Shown here: piece after piece, positions 1 through 10,473 of the stretch
Position numbering within the stretch: position 1 is the first letter of the stretch
How the letters are laid out: the number at the start of each line of letters is the position of its first letter
Source: Octopus vulgaris
Taxonomy: Eukaryota
Direction: 5' to 3'
DNA length: 64,000 nt
NCBI GenBank assembly: GCA_951406725.2
Contig: OX597817.1
Coordinates: 35,712,001-35,776,000 of the forward strand
Notes under the pieces: model-generated
Told to the model about the DNA's origin: nothing
The model's database searches: none
What the model saw: only the letters and a program-made list of their open reading frames with translations
Position numbers and translations under genes: made by a program

Positions 1-8
1 CCGTTTTA

Positions 9-9
<1 letters not shown>

Positions 10-66
<57 letters not shown>

Positions 67-81
67 GTGTGTGTATGTGTG
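10..81. repeat. (GT)n microsatellite
   Basis: Direct dinucleotide run. Confidence 0.95.
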
Positions 82-149
82 CTGGAGAAATAGATATCAT
101 TCGAAGTATAGCTATAACTGTATTTTTTTCCCTCCAGACCGTTTCCAGT

Positions 150-430
150 GGAGGCACATGGCCTAGTGGTTAGAGCAGCGGACTCGCGGTCGAGGGATCG
201 AGGGTTTGAATCTCAGACCGGGCGATGCGTATGTATTTATGAGCGAAACACCTAAGCTCCACGCAGCTCCGGCAGAAGGTAATGGCGAACTTCTGTTGAC
301 TCTTTCGCCACAACTTTCTCTCACTCTTTCCTCCTGCATCTTGCAGCTCACCTGCAACGGACCGGCGTCCCGTCCTGGTGAGGAACCTATACGCCAAGGA
401 AACCGGGAAACCGGCCCTTATGAGCTCGAG
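150..430 (+). mobile_element. tRNA-derived SINE (family D)
   Basis: tRNA-like head TGGCCTAGTGGTTAG...GGTTTGAATCTC (A/B boxes); head related to 12755-13145, tail related to 34365-34400. Confidence 0.75.
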
Positions 431-661
431 AAGGAACAATTTCCAGGGCGTAATAATTATGAAACACTTTCTGCTTATGTGAAATTCCCTAAATATCTAA
501 GTCTTTGCTAGTTCAGTTCTTTTACAAAGTTCCACCTAATTTCAATTAGGTTTTACACATAGTGGTTTGTCCCCTTTATACCCAGTTCATAGCGTCCTTC
601 CATAACATCAAAATTAGGAATTCCTTGTCTACTTCTTATGCGTGGTATAATGGTTAGAATG

Positions 662-1061
662 TTACTCTTTTTCTTGTTTCATTCATTTGACTGCGGCCAT
701 GCTGGAGCATCGCCTTTAGTCGAGCAAATAGACCCCAGGACTTATTCTTTGTAAGCCTAGTACTTATTCTATCGGTCTCTTTTGCCGAACCGCTAAGTTA
801 CGGGGACGTAAACACACCAGCATCGGTTGTCAACCGATGTTGGGGGTACAAACACAGACACACAAACACACACACATATATATACATATACATATATACG
901 ACGGGCTTCTTTCAGTTTCCGTCTACCAAATCCACTTACAAGACTTTGGTCTGCCTGAGGCTATAGTAGAAGACACTTGCCCAAGGTGCCACGCAGTGGG
1001 ACTGAACCCGGAACCATGTTGCTGGTAAGCAGGCTACTTACCACACAGCCACTCCTGCGCC
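662..1061 (-). mobile_element. tRNA-derived SINE family A with internal (TA)/(TG) microsatellite
   Basis: Reverse complement of the copies at 5612, 13500 and 40648; head GGCTGTGTGGTAAG...GGTTCAGTCCC. Confidence 0.9.
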
Positions 1062-1562
1062 TGTTGTTTACAATCTTAATGTGATGCATTGTATCCTTGA
1101 GCAACGCACTTCATTTCACGTTGCTCCAGTCTCCTCAGTTGAAAATAAACGTTTTCTTTCTCTCTGACTTTTTCTTTCCTCCTCCTTTCTCTCTCCCACT
1201 CACTCCCTCCCTCCCCCCTCTCTTTCTCTCCTTCTCTTCCCTTCAGATGTCTCATCTTGTATGAGTCTCAGAGTCAAAAGATAGCAGAATCCACAGGTCT
1301 ATATCTGCTCGTGGCTATATAAGCACCAAAAAATTACTAGTGAAAGCGAGGTACTTGTTCCTAAGTATTCAGATCCATTCGTTGTTCATACAAAATATGA
1401 TAGTGTGCAGCAATGCAATTTCGATTTGATTGGTTTTTTTGTTTTTTTTTATATGATGGATTTTTCCAAATCCAGTTTAAACATTTTGTCATTCAATTTC
1501 TTTTATATCTTTCCTGTCATCTGACTGATTAGTAACAATACTTCCAAGATAGTAAGGCTTAA

Positions 1563-2160
1563 AGGCGGCGAGCTGGTAGAAACGTTAGCACGCCGGGCAA
1601 AATACTTTGCGGTATTTCGTCTGCCGCTACGTTCTGAGTTCAAATTCCGCCGAGGTCGGCTTTGCCTTTCATCCTTTCGGGGTCGATTAAATAAGTACCT
1701 GTTACGCACTGGGGTCGATATAATCGACTTAATCCGTTTGTTTGTTCTTGTTTGTCCTCTCTGTATTTAGCCCCTTGTGGGTAGTAAAGAAATAGGTATT
1801 TCGGCTGTCGTTACGTTCTGGGTTCAAATTCCGCCGAGTTTGATTTGCCTTTCATCCTTTCGGGGTCGATTAAATAAGTACCAGTTACGCACTGGGGTCG
1901 ATATAATCGACTTAATCCGTTTGTTTGTTCTTGTTTGTCCTCTCTGTATTTAGCCCCTTGTGGGTAGTAAAGAAATAGGTATTTCGGCTGCCGTTACGTT
2001 CTGGGTTCAAATTCCGCCGAGTTTGATTTGGTTTTCATCCTTTCGGGGTCCATTAAATAAGTACCAGTTACGCACTGGGGTCGATATAATCAACTTAATC
2101 CCTTTGTCTGTCCCTGTTTGCCCCCCCTGTGTATAGCCCCTTGTGAGCAGTAAAGAAATA
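1563..2160 (+). mobile_element. SINE family B, one head plus 3 tandem ~183-bp units
   Basis: A box TGGTAGAAACGTTAG, B box GAGTTCAAATTCC; units start at 1611, 1795, 1978; TSD AAGATAGTAAGGCT at 1546-1559 and 2160-2173. Confidence 0.9.
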
Positions 2161-2354
2161 AGATAGTAAGGCTCATTCACAACTATGTCAGTTTGATTAT
2201 GAATTATTAGTGGATTATCTTGGTCATATGTTCACGAGATAATCATCGATTTAGCTTTATTAAAATTAATGGCTAAACCATTTTATACATTTCTTTCACT
2301 ATTAAATTCCCAAATATTTCTAATCTGTCCGCAATAAGCACCGCATCATCAATA

Positions 2355-2749
2355 CAGGGTGTCCCAAAAAAATGTATACACACTTTAGCAGCTGATAACT
2401 CATTTGATATTTTTTTCCTTCCAGATGAAACCTATAGGATTTAATGATGGCAGTCAGATTAAGCTTTGAACAAAGAAAATTCATTCTAAAATGATACTGG
2501 AAGTGTGAAAATGCGGTTGAAGTGCAAAAACAGTTAAAGTATGCATACATTTTTTTGGGACACCCTGTATATAGGTAATGCACTTCAACTGCATTTTCAC
2601 ACTTCCAGTATCATTTTAGAATGAATTTTCTTTGTTCAAAGCTTAATCTGACTGCCATCATTAAATCCTATAGGTTTCATCTGGAAAGAAAAAATATCAA
2701 ATGAGTTATCAGCTGCTAAAGTGTGAATGCATTTTTTTGGGACACCCTG
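2355..2749. mobile_element. Tc1/mariner-type foldback MITE
   Basis: TIR CAGGGTGTCCCAAAAAAATG with TA flanks; ~170-bp inverted arms 2355-2525 and 2579-2749; extra internal TIR ending at 2567. Confidence 0.9.
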
Positions 2750-2754
2750 TATAT

Positions 2755-3950
2755 ATGAGATTCGTAACCATTCTTCCATCCATTTTATCTGTACCTTCAA
2801 AATCATCTAAAACATTCTTCGCTTCTCCATACATATTAAAGGGAGAAGGAGAAAGGATATATCCTTGTCATACCTTTCGCTCAATCTCAAACTACTTCGT
2901 AATGCTTACATTAACGCTAGCAGATGCCGTTTGCTGAGAATAAAGTGTCTTTTTTAAATTCTACAAAATTTTCAGGAGATTCATTTTTTGCCATCACAAT
3001 TTGTCAAAAAATTTATTTTATAGCTATACATAATTATTCATTATGCTCTTTAATAATATTTTTTCGAGGTTAAAAATAGCATTTCTCTAATTTTCTAGTT
3101 CTAAAACCAACTTCTTTACATTATTTCCATTTCATATTTGATTTTATTAGTATCGACAACGTTCAGATTTATTAGTATAATTTATCAACACAAATATTCT
3201 TTATTTATTTTAATTTGCATTATGATTTTTTTTTCCTTCTTTGGTAATGGAATGAAAATTGATTTAATCTAATCATTTGGTCAAAATTTATATTCCATAT
3301 TTTACTGCACAGACAATGTAGTAATTTCACTGAGATTTCTCTGCCATTTTAACCAAGTTCTGCTCCTTTATCTATTCTTGATTTTTGTCATTTTTTAGAT
3401 TTCATACTTTTCCTCTCTTTTTTTAAAAAAAAAATTTTTTTTTTTTTTTGAAGTTCAGACATTAGCTGTGACGGTTTTGTACCTGTAACGCAATTTTGGC
3501 TTTGATCACTTTTTTTACCGCTTCCTGTTTGATTAACATGTGTTGTCTTCACGGAAAAAATATTCATTCCATTCTTTTTTCTTTATATATTACTATCATT
3601 GTTTTTGGTAGCATTATTTCTTGCTCCAACTTTTATTTCCTTCTCATTAGCTTGTCTACTTTGGAATGATCTTTAGTTTAACTTATTTTTTTCATTCTCA
3701 TCAGGAATTTTCTCAATGTATTCATATTTTTTTCATCATGATATAAATTTTATAGCTCGAATATTGATACAATGTAGATCCAAATGGTGCCATACCACCG
3801 GTGTTTTGCAGATAGTCTCCAGTTTTATCTAATGTTCTGTCTGTTAACCACTGCATTTTTTCATCCTTTTTCTTTTGTAATATTTTTCTGTTACTTCCAA
3901 AGCTGTATAGTGCGTGTCAGAGTTATCCATTTTTTGTTGTAACGTTGACT
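2755..3950 (-). mobile_element. Highly decayed RTE-like LINE (RT region)
   Basis: Minus strand at ~2820-2875 resembles the RT motif GxRQGxxLSPxLFNxYxE; many stops; boundaries approximate. Confidence 0.5.
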
Positions 3951-4555
3951 TAATGGCACACACTATAATTTAGACAGTATGAGAGAAAAGGGAGTCACTG
4001 TTTTTGCTCATAACAACAAGAGAATAGAATTTACGAGACACTTGTAATAAGTCATAACTTTTATTATTGGAGGTAATGCGTTAACATACAAGGTTAATTG
4101 ACGGAAGCTTATAACATTACATGAATATGTTCTGGCTGCAGTCACGTGTCTCCAAGTAAGAAAGGCGAACGAGAGCGGGAACGGGCGTAAAGTACGGCGG
4201 CCTGACCCAATGCATGTAGAAAAATCAACAGGCACTGAATGGCGCGAATTTAGAATCTCTTTCCTTTATATAAGGGATAGACCGGAAGTCCCCGGCTTCC
4301 ACGTAAAACCGGAAGCTAAAGAAAGGAGCTTATTCCTGTTTAAGATTAAAAGAAGGGACATTGTCAGGGTGCAGTGCGGATAATGGTCTTGCGGGAGTTC
4401 CAGAGCTGGTTGAGAGTTCGTGATGGTGGATCCGAACTTCGGTTACTGTAAAATTTATTGCAACTTTAATTTTGAATTCTTTTAATTGCGAGTCAAGTTT
4501 CATGACAACGTTTAAGCATGCAGCTCTAGTCGCCACAAAAGGAATTCAGTTTAAA

Positions 4556-4954
4556 TCTCTCTATATATAAAGCTGAAGTTGTCCGTGTGTGCGTGTGGCA
4601 GGTTTGGTAGCCTTCAACTAACACTATCACCTCTGAGACCCTGCGGCGCAAGTTGACTAAAATTGACAGTATGATAGAAGAAGGCTTGCTCTTCCTTCCG
4701 TAGAAGAAAAAATTCGAATCGGACCATGTTAACACCAAAAATTATTTACATCAAAACGGTGCTTTTTTTCTATGAAAATCCCTATTTTTTTACGACTTTT
4801 TGACTGCTGTTTCGCCATTTTTCGGTGTATTTCAACCAGAAAAATGTTCACTTAAAGAGAATAACAAGCTACATAATGCAAAATTTTTACTTTTCAAAAA
4901 TTCCAATTCTAAAGGATCGAAACAAACCCGAGCAACGCCGGGCGATACTGCTAG
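4556..4954 (+). mobile_element. Non-autonomous Helitron
   Basis: A|TC(TCTC)TATATATAAAG 5' end, GC hairpin CCCGAGCAACGCCGGG, 3' CTAG|T, no TSD; second copy at 53527-53824. Confidence 0.85.
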
Positions 4955-5611
4955 TAAACTATATATGTATTTATACACACCCACCCACACAACCCCTCCA
5001 CACACACACACACATACACACGCGTATGTGTGTATCTATGCGTGTGTGCGTATGCGTGTGTGCGTATGCGTGTGTGCGTGTGTGTATGTGTGTGTAAAGT
5101 GCACATCGTGAGATTGCGATTTCTATTCGTGGATCGTGTGCTTTGTGCAGCGTCTTCACCAAGGAATTGCAGAACCTTCTTTCTCAGACTACGAGAAGCT
5201 ACCATCACATATGTATGTGTTTGTGTGTGTATAAACATATACATTTGTATGTGTATATAATAACGACTGTGAGTAAGTGCTTAATAAATATGGGCGTATG
5301 CTATATAATAACAGATTTCATTAGAACAAAGATATTTACTATCAAGAAAACGTGATTATAACAATTCATGATATTAAAGAATGTGTGTGTATACGCGAGA
5401 GTGTGAATAAAAAACACATGAATGTCAGGAGGTATATTTGATTTGTATAATTCAGACATTTAATTACTGTGAATATAGTCACAAGTTTTATTGCTTATAT
5501 ATTTCAAATAGAAATTATATAAATATCTCCAAGGTATGTCACTGCATGAACAGAGGCAAGTAGAGTCTCGACTTGATCTTACAAACATGCTATTCATGGA
5601 GTAACTAGTAT

Positions 5612-5992
5612 AGGCGTAAGAGTGGTTGTGTGGTAAGTAGCTTGCTTACCAACCACATGGTTCCGGGTTCAATCCCACAGAGTGGCACCTTGGGCAAGTG
5701 TCTTCTACTATAGCCGCGGGCCGACCAAAGCCTTGTGAGTGGATTTGGTAGACGGAAACTGAAAGAAGCCCGTCATATATATGTATATATGTATATATGT
5801 ATATATGTATGTGTGTGTGTGTGTATGTTTGTGTGTCTGTGTTGTCTCCCCAACATCGCTTGACAACCGATGCTGGTCCCCGTAACTTAGCGGTTCGGCA
5901 AAAGAGACTGATAGAATAAGTACTAGGCTTACAAAGAATAAGTCCTGGGGTCGATTCACTCGACTAATGGGCGGTGCTCCAGCATGGCCACA
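5612..5992 (+). mobile_element. SINE family A
   Basis: High identity to 13500-13908. Confidence 0.9.
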
Positions 5993-5994
5993 GA

Positions 5995-6610
5995 GTGTTC
6001 CATACAATACGAGTAAAAGTGTCCTGGAACCCTGATTCACGAATAACGCAATGATCATCCGTCATGTTAATGTAGAACCGACCATTTTCTCAGATGATTA
6101 CTTAATAGAACTAGCAACGTCCGCAGAAAACTACAGATATGCTGGTTACTAGAAGTACCCGACTCTCTTTCATCCTGAACTTCCATGAAGCTGACCGGAA
6201 AGATTTGCAGAAAGAGGTTATGGAACAAAACTGGCTAACCAGTCTCTCGGCGCAGGATGTTGACATAAAGCTACAGCGCTTTATGATAATCATGCATGAT
6301 ATATGCAGTAAGTTTGCTCCAGAGAAAATGTCAAACCGACAGAAAAGCATAATTCTCAGGAATAAGAAGATTCCAATGAGACGACGAGCAAAGATCTCAA
6401 ATCATCTAAATGGGTCACCGAAGGATAGTGAAGAATCCTACCTCAAACACTGCTTGAGATTGGAAGTGAACTCAAAACACTCCCATGAAAAGGCGAAGGC
6501 AGAAAAAGAAACCAGGGCGGTAAAAATTCGGAAGATAAACTCTAAAGCCTTCTATGGATTTGCAAAACAGACTGCTTCTGTATAGTACAAGACAGGGCCA
6601 CTTTTAGAAC
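5995..6610 (+). mobile_element. Decayed CR1/L2-like LINE ORF2 fragment (endonuclease-RT linker)
   Basis: ORF 6139-6585 reads LNFHEADRKDL...W...NSKAFYGFAK, followed by *YKTGPLL, typical of the linker. Confidence 0.65.
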
Positions 6611-7270
6611 GCTTATGAAGATCTAGAATGGTAGATTTAGAAACTGAACTGTCTCAAACAAATCACAAAGATCTCGGAATTAAGTATAAAAAATATGTTA
6701 AAGAAGACAAAACTTAAAAATAAATTGTTTCCAATGCCAACTGTCAAATGTTAGTTAGTTAGTTAATTTGGCTCAAAAGCAAATAGCAAGGCCATGTAGG
6801 GGGACATGGAGTTAAGTACAGGGTGGTGTTCATGTAAATATAAAAACTTTTCGTATATAAAAATACAAAACTATGCGATGAAATAAGAAAATACGAAAAT
6901 GCGAAAACGTGTGACAGAATTCCTGAAGAAAGTGGCTAAACGACAAATGCACACAGCAACTCAAGTTTTAGAAAACATAAACAAACAAGTGTGAAATCAA
7001 ACAAACAAACATAAAGTCAACATAGCTGAATGCCCCATGGTGAAAGGGGCGAATAACAGCACACAACCTTGTTTAATACCATTTGTAATATGAAAAGATT
7101 TCTCTCCAATCGTCTCGCCATCGTCAGGACTTCTATATTTAGTGTTTATTCTCCGTAGCCCTTTACAACTAACAATAACAAATGCCTTTGTAAGGTGGAC
7201 AAATGTCCTTAAGGTGTCATTAGACTACTCCCGATAATCCTCATGAAGATGCCTTGTTGAAAATGCTATG

Positions 7271-7665
7271 GCTGGATTAACGCCCATAGAGGTCCTGCCC
7301 ATTTTGTAAATTTTGGTACCGCCCATATATATGTAATTCAAAATATAAACAATAATAAGCCATAAAATGAATTTTTATTTTTCAAAATGAAAAGATGGAA
7401 AATAATATCTATTTTAGTATACTTACACTTTATTTTTGAAAAGCCTTCCATTAATTCTTAATTGCAACGTTTTTGAACAAACACTCAAAATTAATCTTAT
7501 GAATACATCTACTTCCATACTTAGTACAGATAAGGCATCTCGAATATTATTTTAGCAAGTTTAAAACGATTTCTTTAGTGCCGTAAACCGTTTACCATTT
7601 CTGTGGTGCCCCACTTCCCTTGGTGCCCTAAGCACGTACTTATTTTGCTCCATGGTTAATCCAGC
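7271..7665. mobile_element. Degenerate MITE (hAT-like TIR)
   Basis: GCTGGATTAAC ... GTTAATCCAGC inverted ends interrupting the LINE RT; no clear TSD. Confidence 0.55.
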
Positions 7666-7764
7666 GTCGATTGTACTGTGATCCTCTTAAAAACTGCAGT
7701 AGCTTTCTAGAAGCTTTTATCTAGGTGGTCAATCAGTGATCCAGTATTACTTGAGTGAGAATCT

Positions 7765-8372
7765 GGCAAGACTTCCGCCCCTCCCCATCTAAAAAACCAT
7801 CCTTAAAATTTTTTTTTTTCGATACAAACCCTCACTTTTCGGCTTTTCGGCTACGGGGAATACGAATCTGCAAAAAAATTGGCAAAAATCGACATTTCTA
7901 AATTACCCACCCCTACCCCCATTTCTTTCGTTTTAAACTTTTTTCAGAATTTTTTTTTTCAAAATATGTGGAAAAATACGGACATTATGATTCTGAAAAA
8001 AATTTCCAAAAATCTCTGTAAAATTGTTTTTAAGAATTTTTTTTTTTTTTCTAAATATGAGGAAAAATATGGACATCATCATGATTCGGACAAAAATTTC
8101 AAAATATTTCTGTACTTACGCTTACGGTATTAGGGTTAGGGTTAGGGTCTTAGGGTTAGGGTTAGGGTTAGGGTTAGGGTTTTAGGGTTAGGGTTTTAGG
8201 GTTAGGGTTTTAGGGTTAGGGTTAGGGTTTTAGGGTTAGTGTTGGGGAAAAGTCAAAATTGAAGAAGTTGGGGAAAGGGGTGGGAAAATTTCACGAAGCA
8301 GATTTTTTGCAAAAAAAAATTTCAAAAATAAATGAATTTCGGAGAAACTGGGGGGTGGGTGGAAGTCTTTCC
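7765..8372. mobile_element. Merlin-like MITE carrying a telomeric array
   Basis: 8-bp TSD GAGAATCT (7757-7764, 8373-8380); TIR GG(C/A)AAGACTTCC(G/A)CCC. Confidence 0.8.
8130..8247 (+). repeat. Interstitial (TTAGGG)n with TTTTAGGG variants
   Basis: Direct repeats inside the MITE. Confidence 0.95.
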
Positions 8373-9294
8373 GAGAATCTTTCCAGAGACTGACAACAGT
8401 GATTAAATTCCGATTATATTATAGTCGTTACAGTACTCATGATTTCCTTTCTTCTTGCGAAAATGCCCTTTTGGGGTCACTCTGATCTCAGGTGAAACTT
8501 GGAACAAGGCAAATACATCCAATTTTATAGATATTGGTTAGATATGTACTAAATTCAGGGTCCTTGCTGCTAGATATAATACCTATGACTGTCCTGACTT
8601 CACCTTCTGTAGGAAGAGCAGTAATATATTGATCCCTGCTTGTGGAAAACGTACCATAGCTGTCGCATTTATTGCGGAAGCACAGTTCAAGACACTGTAG
8701 ATATGATATACAAAAGATCATTTCCATTCATCTTTTAAAGATTAGCTCCTTGGCTGTCGACACTGCTAATCTTTTCGTACACAGCAGCAGAAATAAACAG
8801 AAACCCGAGAGCCTTATCCACTATCAAAGTATCTTGGGTCATTGCTGTCTACATACGACTGAATCACATCTGTTCTTTTACTGAAACAGGAGTCCTGCGT
8901 CTACGAAATCCAGCTCTGAATAGTTTCTGTGTATCATGATGAAAGCATTCAAGCATTCTTCTTGACTCAACGTCAGCTGTCATTCTGGTGAGCTCTGAGA
9001 AGAGAGTACATAACATCCATAACTTGAATTGCTATCTTACTATTATAGATCTGCCTGATAACCAGGGCTGTTCTTTATTTTCCCCTTATTTTCTTTTGGA
9101 TTACCGCTTTGGCGCTGACATATACATTGTCATATAGAACACGCATCCGCGCACGCACGCACACACATGCACGCACACATGCATGCGCTCACATACACTC
9201 ACGCACACACACATTCTCTTCTATTTACAATCTCACCGTCTCTATCTCCCTCTCTCTGTTTACACCCTCGCCGTCTCTCACTCTTTAACTCTGA

Positions 9295-9340
<46 letters not shown>

Positions 9341-9452
9341 TCCTCTCTTCATTGTTACCATAGACATATTCTCAAGATCTTTTGTAGATACACATACATA
9401 ATTACTGTCTAATTGTGTGCTGATATTAACAGGCACTGATGGAGCAGATATT

Positions 9453-9877
9453 AGATCTTTTCGGTTTGAACGGCAGTTTTTTAAAAATCATTTCCACGTA
9501 ACTAAACACTTTTAAACTTCGTATACTGGTAGAATGTGTTTATAAAACATCTTTTTCTCTTGGCTTTATTGAGAAAATTCTATAGTTTGTAAGATATTTG
9601 TTTTTTTTTTTCTTCAATTTCTGCAATTTCAACCAATCAATGACGTCTATTGAGGTGAAAACATTCTGTGCCGTATAAATATGTCCCTCGTTTAAGAAAC
9701 AGATTAGGTTTTTTTACGTTTCTGAAGAAAAAAAAGATACCTTTCCCCCCACCCCTAACCCTAACCCTAACCCTTAAACAGATTGAAATGCAATAGATCG
9801 ATACTAGGGTCATAATTATGGGTGACAATTTCATATGACACTGCTAGAAAAAACAGCCGTTCAAACCGAAAAGATCC
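9453..9877. mobile_element. Merlin-like MITE with (CCCTAA)3
   Basis: 8-bp TSD CAGATATT (9445-9452, 9878-9885); ~30-bp TIR (A/G)GATCTTTTCGGTTTGAACGGC(A/T)GTTTTTT. Confidence 0.85.
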
Positions 9878-10473
9878 CAGATATTTTAGCAATGACCATT
9901 TCTTTTTTTTTTAAAGCATAGTGTACTTTGAGCAATACATTCAGCATATCCTATTTCTAAGAAGGTAAGGTGTAATTTGAGGGAGATTTCACTGTTGTTT
10001 TTAACAGATCGATTGACCACACTACGACACCGTACATTGTTGACAGTAGCAAGGTATGTCAAAAATGAATCTCCTGAAACGCTCGTTTATTTGAAAGCAA
10101 TGTTTGATATGATATACAAAACAACAATAAAGTTAAAGAATGCCAAACTGGTAAATAACAAAAAACGCAGCTAAAATACCAAAAAGGGTCCCCTATGTGG
10201 TTGCTCAAGTCGCTAGAAATGACAGCCAAATTTTTCCCAAATGACACCCTATCGCCATGAAAAAGAGATCCTCTAAAAAAAGATAGGATGATTCTAACTG
10301 TAATGCCCTTGATTACAGGCCTATTCGATCAAGGATGATTTGGGTTAAAATACAACAACAAACGAACCAATGAGGGAAGCTCTACGTGGTCGCTCAACTT
10401 ACTAGAAATAGCAGCTGAACCGCCTTCAAACTGCAACTCACCATCTTACGAAAAATTTGGATACAGAAGGCCA

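Larger units (their letters stand above)
7020..9060 (-). mobile_element. Decayed RTE-type LINE, interrupted by two MITEs
   Basis: Joined minus-strand reading gives KKGNHEYC..SLLSVSGKIL / TQVILD..ESYCSF..HSTID / IAFSTRHL..FVHLTKAF..NGIKQGCVL (RT motifs), with stops. Confidence 0.75.

Noticed and set aside
150-225. tRNA gene (also 12755-12830)
   Set aside because: Acceptor stem not closed and sequence continues into a SINE body
8130-8247. True telomere or chromosome fusion scar
   Set aside because: Single orientation and enclosed by TIRs and a TSD
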